Origin: Gammaproteobacteria bacterium
GTDB lineage: Bacteria; Pseudomonadota; Gammaproteobacteria; CAJXQU01
Direction of reading: 5' to 3'
DNA: 64,000 nt
NCBI GenBank assembly: GCA_965238175.1
Contig: CBDEGZ010000003.1
Span: forward strand, 992,001 to 1,056,000
Every line of letters starts with the position of its first letter. The stretch's first letter is position 1. Positions 20,312 through 31,529 of the stretch are shown one piece after another. The translations under genes were made by a program, and so were the position numbers. The notes beneath the pieces were generated by a model. It ran no database searches and was not told the DNA's origin. It saw only the letters and a program-made list of their open reading frames with translations.

Positions 20312-22489
20312 TTAAACCGTCAATTTTACTTCGAGTTTATCGACCAGATCTTCATTACGTTGCTTGGCCCAATCGATCAGATCTTCGCCAGGTAATGGAC
20401 AACTAAAATAATGACCCTGGATAATGTCACAATTCTGTTCTTGGAGGATCTTAAGTTGTCCCACCTCTTCGATACCTTCTGCAATTACTTTTAAGCGTAA
20501 ACTATGAGCGAGGGAAATCACCGCCTGGACGATGGCTCTGTCATCTTCATCTTTTTCAATGTCTTGTACAAAAGATTGATCAACTTTCAATGTTGTTACC
20601 GGAAATTTTTTCAAATATGAGAGGGAGGAGTAACCTGTTCCAAAATCATCAATTGCAATAGAGAATCCCAGATTTCGGAGTGTCTTTAATGTGTTAATCG
20701 CTTGTTCTACATCATTCATGATCAGGCTTTCTGTTATTTCTAATTGTATATGTTTAGATTCAATTCCGTAGTCTTCAATTGTATTTGATAATATTTTAGG
20801 TAAATCAGTTTGCCCAAATTGTACACCTGATAAATTGATTGCGACTGTTGGTGCAGGGAACCCTTCCTCTTGCATCTTATTTATAAAACGACAGGTTTCT
20901 TCAAGTACCCACTGTCCTATTGGAATAATCATTCCTGTTTGTTCGGCAACAGGAATAAAGTCTGCTGGCGAGATCATACCTAAATCAGGATGTTGCCATC
21001 GGATCAGTGCTTCCATTCCTCGCAGTTTGCCTGACATCGCATCTACTTTGGGTTGGTAGAATAAAACAAATTGTTTTTCCATGATGGCTTTGCGTAAATT
21101 GACTTCCAATGTAAGACGTTCATAAGCACGAGAATTCATTGATGTGGTAAAAAATTTGTAGCAATTCCGGCCTTCATTTTTTGCATGATAAAGTGCTGCA
21201 CCACTTTGTTTTAATAGTGATTCAACATCGCTTCCATCTTCGGGATAAGCACTTATACCTATGCTTGTCGTAATTGAAACAACATTACTATTAATCTCGA
21301 CAGGTTCGGCAATTGCACTATTAATCATCCGTGACATAATGGCCGCGGCCTCAACAGCATGGATCCCATCCATCAACACAACGAATTCATCTCCACCTAA
21401 ATGTGCTAAGACTATTTCGAGCGTTGATTTTGCGTGGTACATACGGGTTGAGGACATATCATCTTCAATATATTCTTCAATACATTGGTTTAATCGTGCG
21501 GCGACATTTCTAAGCAGTTCATCTCCACTTTGATGACCTAGTGTGTCATTAATACGTTTAAAATGATCTAAACCTAGTGTCAAAATGGCCGCGATATGAT
21601 CATCTGAATTATGGCTAGAGATGACTTTTTCTAATTTTCGTCGTAACAACGTACGGTTTGCTAGCCCGGTAACCTTGTCATAGTTAGATAGTTTTTCTAT
21701 TTTACTTTCGGCATGTTTTCGATCGGTTATATCTTGTATTGTTCCGATCAAATGATGTGGTTTTCCAGAATCGAGATAGGTAATTTCAGCTTCATGATAA
21801 ACGACACGAATTTTTCCAGCTGAGTTTTTTATGCGATATTCGAGTTTAAAGTTTTGTTGTTTATCTCTGGCGAGTTTTAGAGCAGCTTTCACTTTTCCCA
21901 TATCTTTTTTATAAATGTTTTGGAAAAAATAAGTAATATCACCAGAAGATTTTTCAGGCTTAAGCCAAAATGTATTTGTGATCTGCTCAGACCAGCTTAC
22001 ATGTTGACTAAAATCCCACTCCCAATAACCTAGTTTTGCTAAACGCTGTGCATGTCCAAGTTTTTCCTGACTGGCACGTAAATCGTCAGCAGTTTGTTTT
22101 GAACGTAACATATAAATAATACGATGAGATAGTATGGTGTAGTTGATTGGTTTTGTAGCAAAATCGGTTGCACCTGCTTCGTAAGATCTATCAATCGATT
22201 TTATATCTTCAAGCCCAGTCATCATTAAGATCGGCGTGTGTTCACACTCAGGTATTTTTCTGATGAAAGCACATGCTTCGAATCCATCCATTTCAGGCAT
22301 CATTACATCAAGTAAAATAATATCTGGTTTTAATTGTTGTGCCTGTTCAATTGCCTGCTTACCATTTTCAGCTTCTTCGACGATAAAACCTTGTTGTTCA
22401 AGTGATTCTTTGACCATAAATCGTATTGTGATGTCATCATCAACAACAAGTATGACCGAAGAATGCTGAGTTTCTATACTAGACGACAT
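20312..22489 (-). CDS. REC-PAS-GGDEF-EAL response regulator
   Basis: REC (LLDVMMP), PAS, HLGGDEF, EALIRW, DDFGTGYSSL. Confidence 0.93.
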   Translation of the reverse strand: MSSSIETQHSSVILVVDDDITIRFMVKESLEQQGFIVEEAENGKQAIEQAQQLKPDIILLDVMMPEMDGFEACAFIRKIPECEHTPILMMTGLEDIKSIDRSYEAGATDFATKPINYTILSHRIIYMLRSKQTADDLRASQEKLGHAQRLAKLGYWEWDFSQHVSWSEQITNTFWLKPEKSSGDITYFFQNIYKKDMGKVKAALKLARDKQQNFKLEYRIKNSAGKIRVVYHEAEITYLDSGKPHHLIGTIQDITDRKHAESKIEKLSNYDKVTGLANRTLLRRKLEKVISSHNSDDHIAAILTLGLDHFKRINDTLGHQSGDELLRNVAARLNQCIEEYIEDDMSSTRMYHAKSTLEIVLAHLGGDEFVVLMDGIHAVEAAAIMSRMINSAIAEPVEINSNVVSITTSIGISAYPEDGSDVESLLKQSGAALYHAKNEGRNCYKFFTTSMNSRAYERLTLEVNLRKAIMEKQFVLFYQPKVDAMSGKLRGMEALIRWQHPDLGMISPADFIPVAEQTGMIIPIGQWVLEETCRFINKMQEEGFPAPTVAINLSGVQFGQTDLPKILSNTIEDYGIESKHIQLEITESLIMNDVEQAINTLKTLRNLGFSIAIDDFGTGYSSLSYLKKFPVTTLKVDQSFVQDIEKDEDDRAIVQAVISLAHSLRLKVIAEGIEEVGQLKILQEQNCDIIQGHYFSCPLPGEDLIDWAKQRNEDLVDKLEVKLTV

Positions 22490-22549
22490 ATAAATTCAGT
22501 TTATAGATAGTCATGAGAGAATAGTGGCTGATAATGTTGCAAGTTAATA

Positions 22550-25324
22550 TCATGCTACTTCTTTCTCTTCTTGAATAACAATATTTAAAGCGGTGCAAAC
22601 CGCTTCATATTCATATTCAAGAACATTCAGTGAGGACTGTGCTTTCTCAATATCTTCTTCTTTTCCTAAAGTTTCGAGTTCAGAACAAAGTTTAGCTAGA
22701 CCTGTTGCTCCAACTGTCAAACAACTCGATTTTAGACTGTAAGCTGAGCGTCGTAACGAGGCATACTCACCTTTAGAAATAGCGGACTCTAAAGCGTGAA
22801 TAATTTTCTGACTATTGCTCAAGAAAAGTTTAATCACTTTTATAACAACATTTGCTTGACCTTCTCTTTGTAATTTTCGGATTTTATCGAAAGCTAAGAT
22901 ATCAATTTTGGCGACAGGTTTTATTTCCGAGTCCTTAATTTCAGTTTCCTTATTTTGTTTTAAAGGATGTTCTTCCTGCTTTTTGTTATGTTGATAAATT
23001 TCACTTTTATTTTCTTTTGCTAACAGAGGAAGCCATCGATATAAAAGTGCGCCTAGTTGCTCTATGTTAAATGGTTTGGCCATGTAATCGTCCATACCTG
23101 CAGAAATACATTTTTCTCGATCACCTTCCATAGCATTCGCCGTGAGTGCAATAATCGGGATATGTTGAATTTCTTTTTGTCGACTTTCCCAAGCACGTAG
23201 TTGTTTGGTTGCTTCAAAGCCATCCATTTCAGGCATTTGACAATCCATTAAGATCAAGTCATAGGGTTCATGAAAATTATCGAGTGAGTATTTTGTAATG
23301 GTATCGAGAGCTAACTTACCGTTGTCAACAATCTCAGCAGTACAACCAAGGTTAGCGATCATTTCGCGAACTAGTTCCTGATTTACAATATTATCTTCTG
23401 CTATCAGGATATGCCCATGTAAATCGGATATTTTGCTAGAGAGGGTAACTTCACGTATGTGATCTGATGCATTAAAGCCCGTTTGTTCTGAGTAAAGTGC
23501 GGCACAAACGGACTCATAGAGTTCATTTTGTCGGATCGGTTTATTAAGGTATGTCTCTATCCCTGCTAATAACCACTGTCCGGTTTCTTCCAAATTACCG
23601 ACCGAACTCAGCATAATTAATTTGATCTCTGCCAGGCTAGAATCGTTTTTAATTTTTTTTGCAAGGGAAATACCATCAATATCTGATAGCTGATTGTCAA
23701 GAATTGCGAGTGTGAAGGGGTTACCTTGTTGTTTTGCAGCGAGTAATGCTTCGAGCGCTGTTTTTCCATCGGAAACAGAATAAAAATCTATGCCCCAGTT
23801 TGTGAATTGTTTCTCAAGAACATTGCGGTTGCTTACGCTGCTGTCTGCGATTAATAATCTATTCTTTTCAAAGTGATTTGACGTTGTTTTAGATAGTGGT
23901 TGTTTTACAGCGACTTCTTTTTTTAATGGAATGGCAAACCAAAAAACTGCTCCTTTTCCCAGTTGACTTTTAATGCCTATTTTCCCTTGCATTAACTCGG
24001 TTAGTTTTTTACATATGGTCAAGCCTAAACCTGTGCCTCCAAATTTACGAGTTGTTGAACCATCTGCTTGCGAGAAAGAACCAAATATTTTGTGCTGAGC
24101 AGATTCTTCAATACCTATTCCTGTATCACGAATCTTAAATCTTATGAAAAATTGATCAGACGTTTTCTCAAATAATTCAACTTGTAAAGATACTTCACCT
24201 TCAGAAGTAAATTTGAGTGCATTCCCAATCAGGTTAATCAGAATTTGTCTTATTCTTTCAGCATCACCTCTAAACATGCTGTGACCATTAGCAGGGTAAT
24301 CGCATATTAATCCCAAACCTTTTTGATAAGCCTGATCTGCAAATAAGGCACTCACTTCTTCAACTAGGAAGCGCAGATCAAAAACAGTATGGTTTAATTC
24401 GAGTTTTCCAGCTTCGAATTTAGAAAAATCCAAAATATCATTGATAATAGTGAGAAGTGCATTTCCCGATTTGTGTATTGTTTCGGCAAACCTGATTTGC
24501 TTATTGGTTAATTCGGTATTGATTAACAACTCGGCCATACCTAATATGCCGTTCATTGGAGTACGAATTTCGTGACTCATTGTTGCGAGGAACTCACTTT
24601 TAGCACTCGTAGCAGCTTGTGCTTCATCCCTTGCTTTGATTAATTCTTCTTCTGCTTGTTTTCTATCATTTATTTCATGTTTCAGTTCCGCATTAGTTGT
24701 TTTTGTTTCCCGAATTGCTATGTTTAGATCATTAATTAACTTTTGGTGCATATCACTCAGTGAATTAGTTCGCGTTTGGAAATCAAGACTTATTCTTACA
24801 ACCCTCATAATCACTGGAATCAAGGAAGCGATGAGGAAACTTTTACTAATAGAAACCGTATTTAGTTCAGACAAATAAAATAGTGATGTAGGTAATAAAA
24901 TGACAGATGAAAATATTAAAACAAGACGCGAAGAGGATGTGAATAAGGGAACACCAAGAGCGACTATTGCAATCAGCGACATGATGAGTAAGACATGATT
25001 ACTATCTGATGTCTGAGGTAAAATAATTCCACCGAGAGAACCCCAAATAAGGCCACTAAAAACAAATCCACTTGTAAAAAAAATATTATTGTGAGACCTG
25101 GTTTTTTTTAACGAAGATATGTAGTGGAATAATGCTAATATGGCCGTATTAGCTTCTAGGCTTATAAACCATAAATGTAACAGGTTGTTGTCTGTGTCAC
25201 TACGTATTACAACAAGAACAAACAAAGCCAACAAAGCTGAAAATACGAAATACATAAATGTATTTCGTGATAGAGCATCTTCTATAAAAAGCTCTGGAGG
25301 CAATTCTATTTCGTTATTATCCAT
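22550..25324 (-). CDS. Hybrid sensor histidine kinase (TM-HisKA-HATPase-REC-REC-Hpt)
   Basis: SHEIRTPMNG, NALKFT, GGTGLGL, two REC domains, Hpt-like C-terminus. Confidence 0.93.
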   Translation of the reverse strand: MDNNEIELPPELFIEDALSRNTFMYFVFSALLALFVLVVIRSDTDNNLLHLWFISLEANTAILALFHYISSLKKTRSHNNIFFTSGFVFSGLIWGSLGGIILPQTSDSNHVLLIMSLIAIVALGVPLFTSSSRLVLIFSSVILLPTSLFYLSELNTVSISKSFLIASLIPVIMRVVRISLDFQTRTNSLSDMHQKLINDLNIAIRETKTTNAELKHEINDRKQAEEELIKARDEAQAATSAKSEFLATMSHEIRTPMNGILGMAELLINTELTNKQIRFAETIHKSGNALLTIINDILDFSKFEAGKLELNHTVFDLRFLVEEVSALFADQAYQKGLGLICDYPANGHSMFRGDAERIRQILINLIGNALKFTSEGEVSLQVELFEKTSDQFFIRFKIRDTGIGIEESAQHKIFGSFSQADGSTTRKFGGTGLGLTICKKLTELMQGKIGIKSQLGKGAVFWFAIPLKKEVAVKQPLSKTTSNHFEKNRLLIADSSVSNRNVLEKQFTNWGIDFYSVSDGKTALEALLAAKQQGNPFTLAILDNQLSDIDGISLAKKIKNDSSLAEIKLIMLSSVGNLEETGQWLLAGIETYLNKPIRQNELYESVCAALYSEQTGFNASDHIREVTLSSKISDLHGHILIAEDNIVNQELVREMIANLGCTAEIVDNGKLALDTITKYSLDNFHEPYDLILMDCQMPEMDGFEATKQLRAWESRQKEIQHIPIIALTANAMEGDREKCISAGMDDYMAKPFNIEQLGALLYRWLPLLAKENKSEIYQHNKKQEEHPLKQNKETEIKDSEIKPVAKIDILAFDKIRKLQREGQANVVIKVIKLFLSNSQKIIHALESAISKGEYASLRRSAYSLKSSCLTVGATGLAKLCSELETLGKEEDIEKAQSSLNVLEYEYEAVCTALNIVIQEEKEVA

Positions 25325-25362
25325 GCAATAAAATTTCAACGAGGATTCTATGAGTTCTATGT

Positions 25363-27198
25363 TTAGTACTTGTGTGCATTTTGGTTCAATGGCTCGTTGG
25401 TTAGCTCTGCTATTAAGGCAGATTCCACTTGGATTATTTCTGCATTTAGTGAATGAAATGGTTTTGGTATGGAAGTATATTCTTTGCTATCGATAGCCTC
25501 TTTAATTGTGTTCAAATATTCCATCAAACCAATCGCTCCAACATGTAGGCTTCGGCTTCCTAAATCTTTTACAATGACATTGAGTTCTGAATATTTTCTG
25601 GCATCAAGGGCCTGCTGTGCTTGTTCTAATAGTGCTGGCGCATCTTCCAGGTAGCTATTCAGGATCGAAGAAAAATGTGTTGGTATTATTGATCGAAGAC
25701 CATCAATAACATAAGAATCAATAACAGGTTTATATATTGTTGGGAGTTTTTCTCTTTGAGAAGATGATGTTGAAATTTCAACTAAATCATCAATCAGAAT
25801 TTCTAGTGGAGAAGGAAGCCTTTTGGATAGTTTTTTTACCGATTGAGTAATTGCAGAGATCAGTAAATCTTCATTGATAGGCCTTTCAATTATATGATAT
25901 ATATTTAATCTTTTTAGCCTTTCTTGATCTATTTTTTCACTAGAACCCAGTATAATGAATTCAATGTTTTTGAATGCTGGATCATCTTTTAAACATTCTG
26001 CAAAACCTAGCCCATCTATTTCTGGAAAATTGATGGTTGAAATGATAATTTCGAAATAATCTTTCCGAGATTCTGCATCGCAAAGTGAATTAAGCGCAGA
26101 AGTAATATTGCTCACAAATTCGCAGTTCCACCCTGATTTCAAAACACATTTTTCAAGGATTTTAAATTCATGTTTCTGATCATTAACAATTAAAATATTA
26201 CCCTGAATAGGACTCTTGAATTCTTTTTCTTTGTTATCAAAATCCAGAGGAATGTATTCCGAGCTTCCTATATCAACTTCGTTTAAATTGTCAGCTATAT
26301 AATGTGCATTTTCTTCTACAAAAGAAAGAAGCTTCTTTTGTTTTTTTGATAGTTTTGATTCTTTTAATAAATTAAGATTATTGACTAGATTAAGAGATGT
26401 TCCAGCAAGCTGATAAAGTTCTTCACCAAGCTCGGTAATAATGTGATCAGTTTCTTCTGTTTTTTGTGACTTGATGTCAAATTGATCTTTGAGGTTTTTG
26501 AGTTTATTTTTTTCTTTTCTGATGTTTTTTCTCAGAAGAAGATTTTCATCTTCTAAATTAATAATTGTTATTTCATTTTCAGTGTCGATACTAAAAGCAG
26601 TGTGCAGCGTATTATTCAATCTACATGTCGAAAAATAGAACATCATGCTGAGTACACCAAGTGAGCTTGCGATCAAAAATTCACTATCACCTCCTGTGCT
26701 GAAAAGGCGTGTTATGTAGGGTAGGGTTACGCATACAAGAAAAGGCACTGCGACAAGAATATTAGTTGAATAAGAAATACTACCGGTACCACCAACACCT
26801 ATTAACAAAAGTGCAATTAAACTCATCATCAATATTGAATCAATAGGGAATAAAAAGGCAGCTGAAATTCCCCATCCTAGTCCTTCTACTAAGATCAGAG
26901 AAATAATAATTTTTTGCCAGTGTGAGGTTAAGGATCCAGTCGTTGTTGCGTTTGCAAAGCTAAAACCACAAAGCCAACGTGCAATAAGAAAAGATACCAT
27001 CGTTCCTTGCCAAACAAACATCAGTTTATGATCTATCTGTTCCCAGACAAGCACAGGGAATAAAATGATCAGACAAAGACTGACCAGGGATGTCAGCAGA
27101 TCATTTTGAATAAAACTTGCTGTACTGAAATTGTGTTCGTCCAGGAAGGAGTTAAGATCCGGATTTTCATCATCTGGATTGACCGTATAGTCAGTCAC
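25363..27198 (-). CDS. Degenerate sensor protein (TM input, coiled coil, REC-like, Hpt-like)
   Basis: Same TM layout as the downstream kinase but no H-box or ATPase motifs; REC lacks the phospho-Asp context. Confidence 0.7.
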   Translation of the reverse strand: MTDYTVNPDDENPDLNSFLDEHNFSTASFIQNDLLTSLVSLCLIILFPVLVWEQIDHKLMFVWQGTMVSFLIARWLCGFSFANATTTGSLTSHWQKIIISLILVEGLGWGISAAFLFPIDSILMMSLIALLLIGVGGTGSISYSTNILVAVPFLVCVTLPYITRLFSTGGDSEFLIASSLGVLSMMFYFSTCRLNNTLHTAFSIDTENEITIINLEDENLLLRKNIRKEKNKLKNLKDQFDIKSQKTEETDHIITELGEELYQLAGTSLNLVNNLNLLKESKLSKKQKKLLSFVEENAHYIADNLNEVDIGSSEYIPLDFDNKEKEFKSPIQGNILIVNDQKHEFKILEKCVLKSGWNCEFVSNITSALNSLCDAESRKDYFEIIISTINFPEIDGLGFAECLKDDPAFKNIEFIILGSSEKIDQERLKRLNIYHIIERPINEDLLISAITQSVKKLSKRLPSPLEILIDDLVEISTSSSQREKLPTIYKPVIDSYVIDGLRSIIPTHFSSILNSYLEDAPALLEQAQQALDARKYSELNVIVKDLGSRSLHVGAIGLMEYLNTIKEAIDSKEYTSIPKPFHSLNAEIIQVESALIAELTNEPLNQNAHKY

Positions 27199-27226
27199 TG
27201 CTCATATTCTCCGTTTATGTTTTATT

Positions 27227-27793
27227 CTAATGGATCGTATTTGACCCTTCAATTATAAAACTGGAGCCCGAGACTTTTTCTAAGGTTCGTTTGGCATTCT
27301 TGCTACCTGAGCCGGTCCATAATTCATGGGCTTGCATTGGATCTAGGCAGCTGTATCCATCGTCTATTTCTCGTAAACTTTGTAGAACATCCATCAGTTT
27401 TACAAAGTCACGACTCATATGCGCATAAACATTATCGAATTTCCCAGCAGCTAATTCTGCGTATGTTCCTATGCCTAGCTCAACAAAATAATTAATGGAT
27501 ATTTGCTTTTGTCCGGCGTAATCTGGAAATAAACCGGCGAAGATAAGACATTGATCGGCGACATCTTGCATGCTTCCATAACGAATAACGCCTGTTTCAA
27601 GGAATTCATCAAGGAGATCTGTTGAACTGGTTTGAGTATGATTCTGGTTTATATTGCCCATAAAGCGCATCAGCGTTGTTACGAGATAACCTTCGGTTTC
27701 TTCGTCTAATGTATAACCTGCAGAGGCTTGTGCCTCGCCAACGAGGGCATGCCATAAAGCAGTCTCAGATGTATGTAACATGACATGGCTCAT
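27227..27793 (-). CDS. Conserved hypothetical protein
   Basis: 188-aa ORF with AGGA RBS; DVADQCLIFAGLFP motif. Confidence 0.75.
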   Translation of the reverse strand: MSHVMLHTSETALWHALVGEAQASAGYTLDEETEGYLVTTLMRFMGNINQNHTQTSSTDLLDEFLETGVIRYGSMQDVADQCLIFAGLFPDYAGQKQISINYFVELGIGTYAELAAGKFDNVYAHMSRDFVKLMDVLQSLREIDDGYSCLDPMQAHELWTGSGSKNAKRTLEKVSGSSFIIEGSNTIH

Positions 27794-27956
27794 ATTTATG
27801 TCCTTGAGTAAATTAATTATGTTTTGTGTGCTTAGATAAGCGACCAGAAACCAAAAACCTTTAGTGTGTGTCGTATCAATTGTTAAAATGATTATTTACA
27901 CAAGCAATCATCGAAAGGCTATAATCTTTGCCATTTTTCGTCTTAAATAAAAACAG

Positions 27957-28871
27957 ATGACACAGCAGAACGATACTTTTCAAGAACTCATTCGGGAGCT
28001 TCAGGATTATTGGGCTTTACAGGGTTGTGTAATAGAACAACTCTACGATATGGAAATGGGGGCTGGCACCTTCCATCCCTCGACGTTTTTACGTGCAATT
28101 GGACCAGAGCCGTGGTGTTCAGCATATGTACAAACTTCACGCCGGCCAACCGACGGGCGTTATGGTGAAAACCCGAATCGATTACAACGATTCTCACAGT
28201 TCCAGGTTTTACTTAAACCTTCGCCGCCAGATATACAAGAAATTTTCCTGGGATCATTAAAACATTTAGGAATTGATCCTCTTGAGCATGATATTCGTTT
28301 TGTCGAAGATAATTGGGAATCCCCAACCTTAGGTGCCTGGGGGCTCGGTTGGGAAGTTTGGTTAAATGGCATGGAAGTATGCCAGTTTACCTATTTTCAA
28401 CAGGTGGGAGGACTGGATTGTCGGCCCGTTTCGGGCGAGATCACCTATGGTCTGGAACGCATTGCGATGTATCTGCAAGATGTAGATAGTATTTATGATT
28501 TGATCTGGGCGAAGACTCCCAACGGCGATGTGACATATGGACAGATTTTTCATCAAAATGAAGTCGAGATGTCGGCCTATAACTTCACTTACGCCGATAC
28601 TGGATCTTTGTTCGGTTGGTTTGATACTTGTGAAAAGGAAAGTCAGAAATTGATCGGAAATGATCTACCACTACCAGCATACGAACAGGTTATGAAAGCC
28701 TCGCATACCTTTAACTTACTCGATGCACGACATGCGATTTCTGTCACCGAGCGGCAGCGGTATATCTTGCGGATAAGAACGCTTGCAAGAGAAGTCGCAA
28801 GTGCCTATTTTAACAAACGTGAAGCACTTGGTTTTCCTCTCATAAATACGCAGAAGGGGGGAGTCGAATGA
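27957..28871 (+). CDS. glyQ: Glycine-tRNA ligase alpha subunit
   Basis: [31 protein letters not shown]. Confidence 0.99.
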   Translation: MTQQNDTFQELIRELQDYWALQGCVIEQLYDMEMGAGTFHPSTFLRAIGPEPWCSAYVQTSRRPTDGRYGENPNRLQRFSQFQVLLKPSPPDIQEIFLGSLKHLGIDPLEHDIRFVEDNWESPTLGAWGLGWEVWLNGMEVCQFTYFQQVGGLDCRPVSGEITYGLERIAMYLQDVDSIYDLIWAKTPNGDVTYGQIFHQNEVEMSAYNFTYADTGSLFGWFDTCEKESQKLIGNDLPLPAYEQVMKASHTFNLLDARHAISVTERQRYILRIRTLAREVASAYFNKREALGFPLINTQKGGVE

Positions 28872-30958
28872 GTAGACAAACATTTTTGGTCGAAATCGGT
28901 ACGGAAGAATTACCCCCAAAAGCGCTAAAAAAACTGAGTGATGCATTTGGATTAGAGGTTCAAGCGGATCTTGTAGAACACGAATTAGGTTTTAAAGATC
29001 TAAAAGTATTTTCTTCTCCTCGACGTTTGTCAGTACTCGTTTCGGACTTAGTTGCACAACAGGATGATAAAGAAGTGGAACGTCGTGGGCCAGCATTACA
29101 AGCTGCGTTTGATGAAAACGGAGAGCCTACCAAAGCTGCACAGGGCTTTGCTAAATCTTGCGGTGTTGAGGTTACTGATCTTGATCAAATGGAAACCGAT
29201 AAAGGTACTTGGCTGGTTTATAGCCTCAAGGAAAAAGGTAAATCTGTTGCTGAACTACTTCCCGAAATAGTTTCTAATGCACTGAATAAATTACCGATCC
29301 CAAAACGAATGCGTTGGGGTAGTGGCGATGCGGCTTTTGTGCGTCCAGTTCATTGGGTTGTTATGCTTTTTGGAGATCAAATTATTGATGCGGAGATTTT
29401 GAGTATCAAATCCGGAAATGTTACTTACGGACACCGTTTTCATCATCCCGATGCAATTTTAGTCATCGATCCGAGCGCTTATGAAAAACAATTGGAAACG
29501 GTGCGAGTTATCGCCGATTTCGATCGTCGTCGTGATCTGATTTCTGAGCAGGTTAACAACCTTGCTGAGGAGATAGGTGGCCAAGCCGTGTTAGATCCTG
29601 ATCTTCTAGATGAAGTGACTGGTATGGTCGAATGGCCAGTTGCACTGTCAGGTGACATCGATCCAACCTTTTTGGAACTGCCGGATGAAGTTCTTATCTC
29701 CACAATGGCCAGCCATCAAAAGTATTTTCATGTTGTGCACAAAAGTGGTGATCGCGCGGGTAAATTGATGCCTTATTTCATCACTGTTAGTAATATTGAG
29801 AGTAGTCATCCTGCTGTTGTTAAACAGGGCAATGAGCGGGTCGTTCGTCCACGTTTGAGTGACTCAGCGCATTTTTGGAAAACTGATCTTGCGACGGATT
29901 TTTCTGTCTGGGAAAAAGCCTTAGAAAAAGTCGTATTTCAGGATAAGTTAGGCAGTATTTCGGATAAGTCCAAACGGGTATCAAAATTGGCTGCTGATAT
30001 TGTTACGACATTGCAAGGTAGTGCGTCGGACATTGAAAATACCACAAGAGCCGCTTTGATTAGCAAATGTGACCTGATGAGTGAAATGGTGAGTGAATTT
30101 CCTGATTTGCAAGGAAACATGGGGTGCTACTATGCCGAACACCATCAGGAACCTGCGGAAATCGCCTTGGCGCTGGAAGAGCAATACATGCCTCGTTTTG
30201 CCGGTGATCAAATTCCGTCTAAGTTAACAGGACAAGCGCTAGCAATAGCAGATAAGCTCGATACTCTGGTGGGTATTTTTGGTATCGGGCAGGCGCCGAC
30301 GGGAGCAAAGGATCCCTTTGCCTTACGTCGAGCATCCTTAGGATGTTTGCGCATAATAATCGAAGCGAAATTGGATTTAGATCTAAAAGATCTTTTACAA
30401 AAGGCTGCATCCAATCTTGACGGCAAGATTACCGAGCCGGATGTGGTTGAGCAGGTTTTTAACTATATGCTTGAAAGGTTGCGCGCTTATTATTCTGATC
30501 AAACACTCTCATCAGATATCTACGATGCAGTTGTTGCTCGTCGACCAGGTAAGCCCTACGATTTTGATCTTCGCATGCGTGCGGTGCAGGTATTTAGACA
30601 ACTACCAGAAGCGACGAGCTTGGCGGCTGCCAACAAGCGTATTGGTAATATACTGAAAAAACTTGATCAACAACCAGCGGCTGAGATCAATTCTAATCTG
30701 TTGGAAGAGCCGGCAGAAAAAGAATTAGTTAAAGCTTTAATGTCTGTGCGAGAGGGTGTTAGCGGAGATCTAAAAGCTCAAAACTATACCGAAGCATTAG
30801 CAGGCATGGCCGTTTTGCGTGAACCGGTCGATACCTTTTTTGATCAGGTAATGGTCAATTGTGATGATGAAAAAGTGAAGAATAATCGTCAGGCTTTATT
30901 AGCTCAATTGCGTTTCTTATTTATGGAAATTGCTGATATTTCCAGACTTCAAAGCTGA
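28868..30958 (+). CDS. glyS: Glycine-tRNA ligase beta subunit
   Basis: [27 protein letters not shown]. Confidence 0.99.
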   Translation: MSRQTFLVEIGTEELPPKALKKLSDAFGLEVQADLVEHELGFKDLKVFSSPRRLSVLVSDLVAQQDDKEVERRGPALQAAFDENGEPTKAAQGFAKSCGVEVTDLDQMETDKGTWLVYSLKEKGKSVAELLPEIVSNALNKLPIPKRMRWGSGDAAFVRPVHWVVMLFGDQIIDAEILSIKSGNVTYGHRFHHPDAILVIDPSAYEKQLETVRVIADFDRRRDLISEQVNNLAEEIGGQAVLDPDLLDEVTGMVEWPVALSGDIDPTFLELPDEVLISTMASHQKYFHVVHKSGDRAGKLMPYFITVSNIESSHPAVVKQGNERVVRPRLSDSAHFWKTDLATDFSVWEKALEKVVFQDKLGSISDKSKRVSKLAADIVTTLQGSASDIENTTRAALISKCDLMSEMVSEFPDLQGNMGCYYAEHHQEPAEIALALEEQYMPRFAGDQIPSKLTGQALAIADKLDTLVGIFGIGQAPTGAKDPFALRRASLGCLRIIIEAKLDLDLKDLLQKAASNLDGKITEPDVVEQVFNYMLERLRAYYSDQTLSSDIYDAVVARRPGKPYDFDLRMRAVQVFRQLPEATSLAAANKRIGNILKKLDQQPAAEINSNLLEEPAEKELVKALMSVREGVSGDLKAQNYTEALAGMAVLREPVDTFFDQVMVNCDDEKVKNNRQALLAQLRFLFMEIADISRLQS

Positions 30959-31509
30959 TGGCTTATTTGATCCTTGATCGTGATGGTGTGATTAATCAGG
31001 ATTCTGATGATTATATTAAAAGTCCGGATGAGTGGTTGCCAATCCCAGGTAGTTTAAAAGCGATTTCTAATGCAAATAGAGCAGGTTTTCGGGTGATCGT
31101 TGTCACCAATCAGTCGGGTTTAGCGAGGGGCATGTTTGATATTAATACCATGAATGCGATGCATAAAAAACTGCATAAAAAATTAGCGCGTGTCGGTGGA
31201 CGTATTGAAGCCATTTTTTTCTGTCCACATAAACCGGATGCAGGTTGTAATTGTCGAAAACCAAAATCGGGAATGTTGGATGAAATTCGTAAGCGGTTAA
31301 ATATTTCACTTGAGAAAGTTTGGTACGTTGGAGACAGTTATACGGATGTGCAAGCAGCAAGGGCAGCTGGTGCCATCCCAATTCTGGTAAGTACAGGAAA
31401 AGGTGAGCGAACATTGGCCGAAGACGTTAAAAATGATCTTAGCGATGTGCCAGTGTATTCCGATCTGGCTGCCTGTGTTGATGCCTTGTTACAGCAACAA
31501 AACAACTAA
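30958..31509 (+). CDS. gmhB: D-glycero-beta-D-manno-heptose 1,7-bisphosphate phosphatase
   Basis: LDRDGVIN, TNQSG, CPH...CNCRKP. Confidence 0.95.
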   Translation: MAYLILDRDGVINQDSDDYIKSPDEWLPIPGSLKAISNANRAGFRVIVVTNQSGLARGMFDINTMNAMHKKLHKKLARVGGRIEAIFFCPHKPDAGCNCRKPKSGMLDEIRKRLNISLEKVWYVGDSYTDVQAARAAGAIPILVSTGKGERTLAEDVKNDLSDVPVYSDLAACVDALLQQQNN

Positions 31510-31529
31510 AATCGTAAGGCTAATAAACG

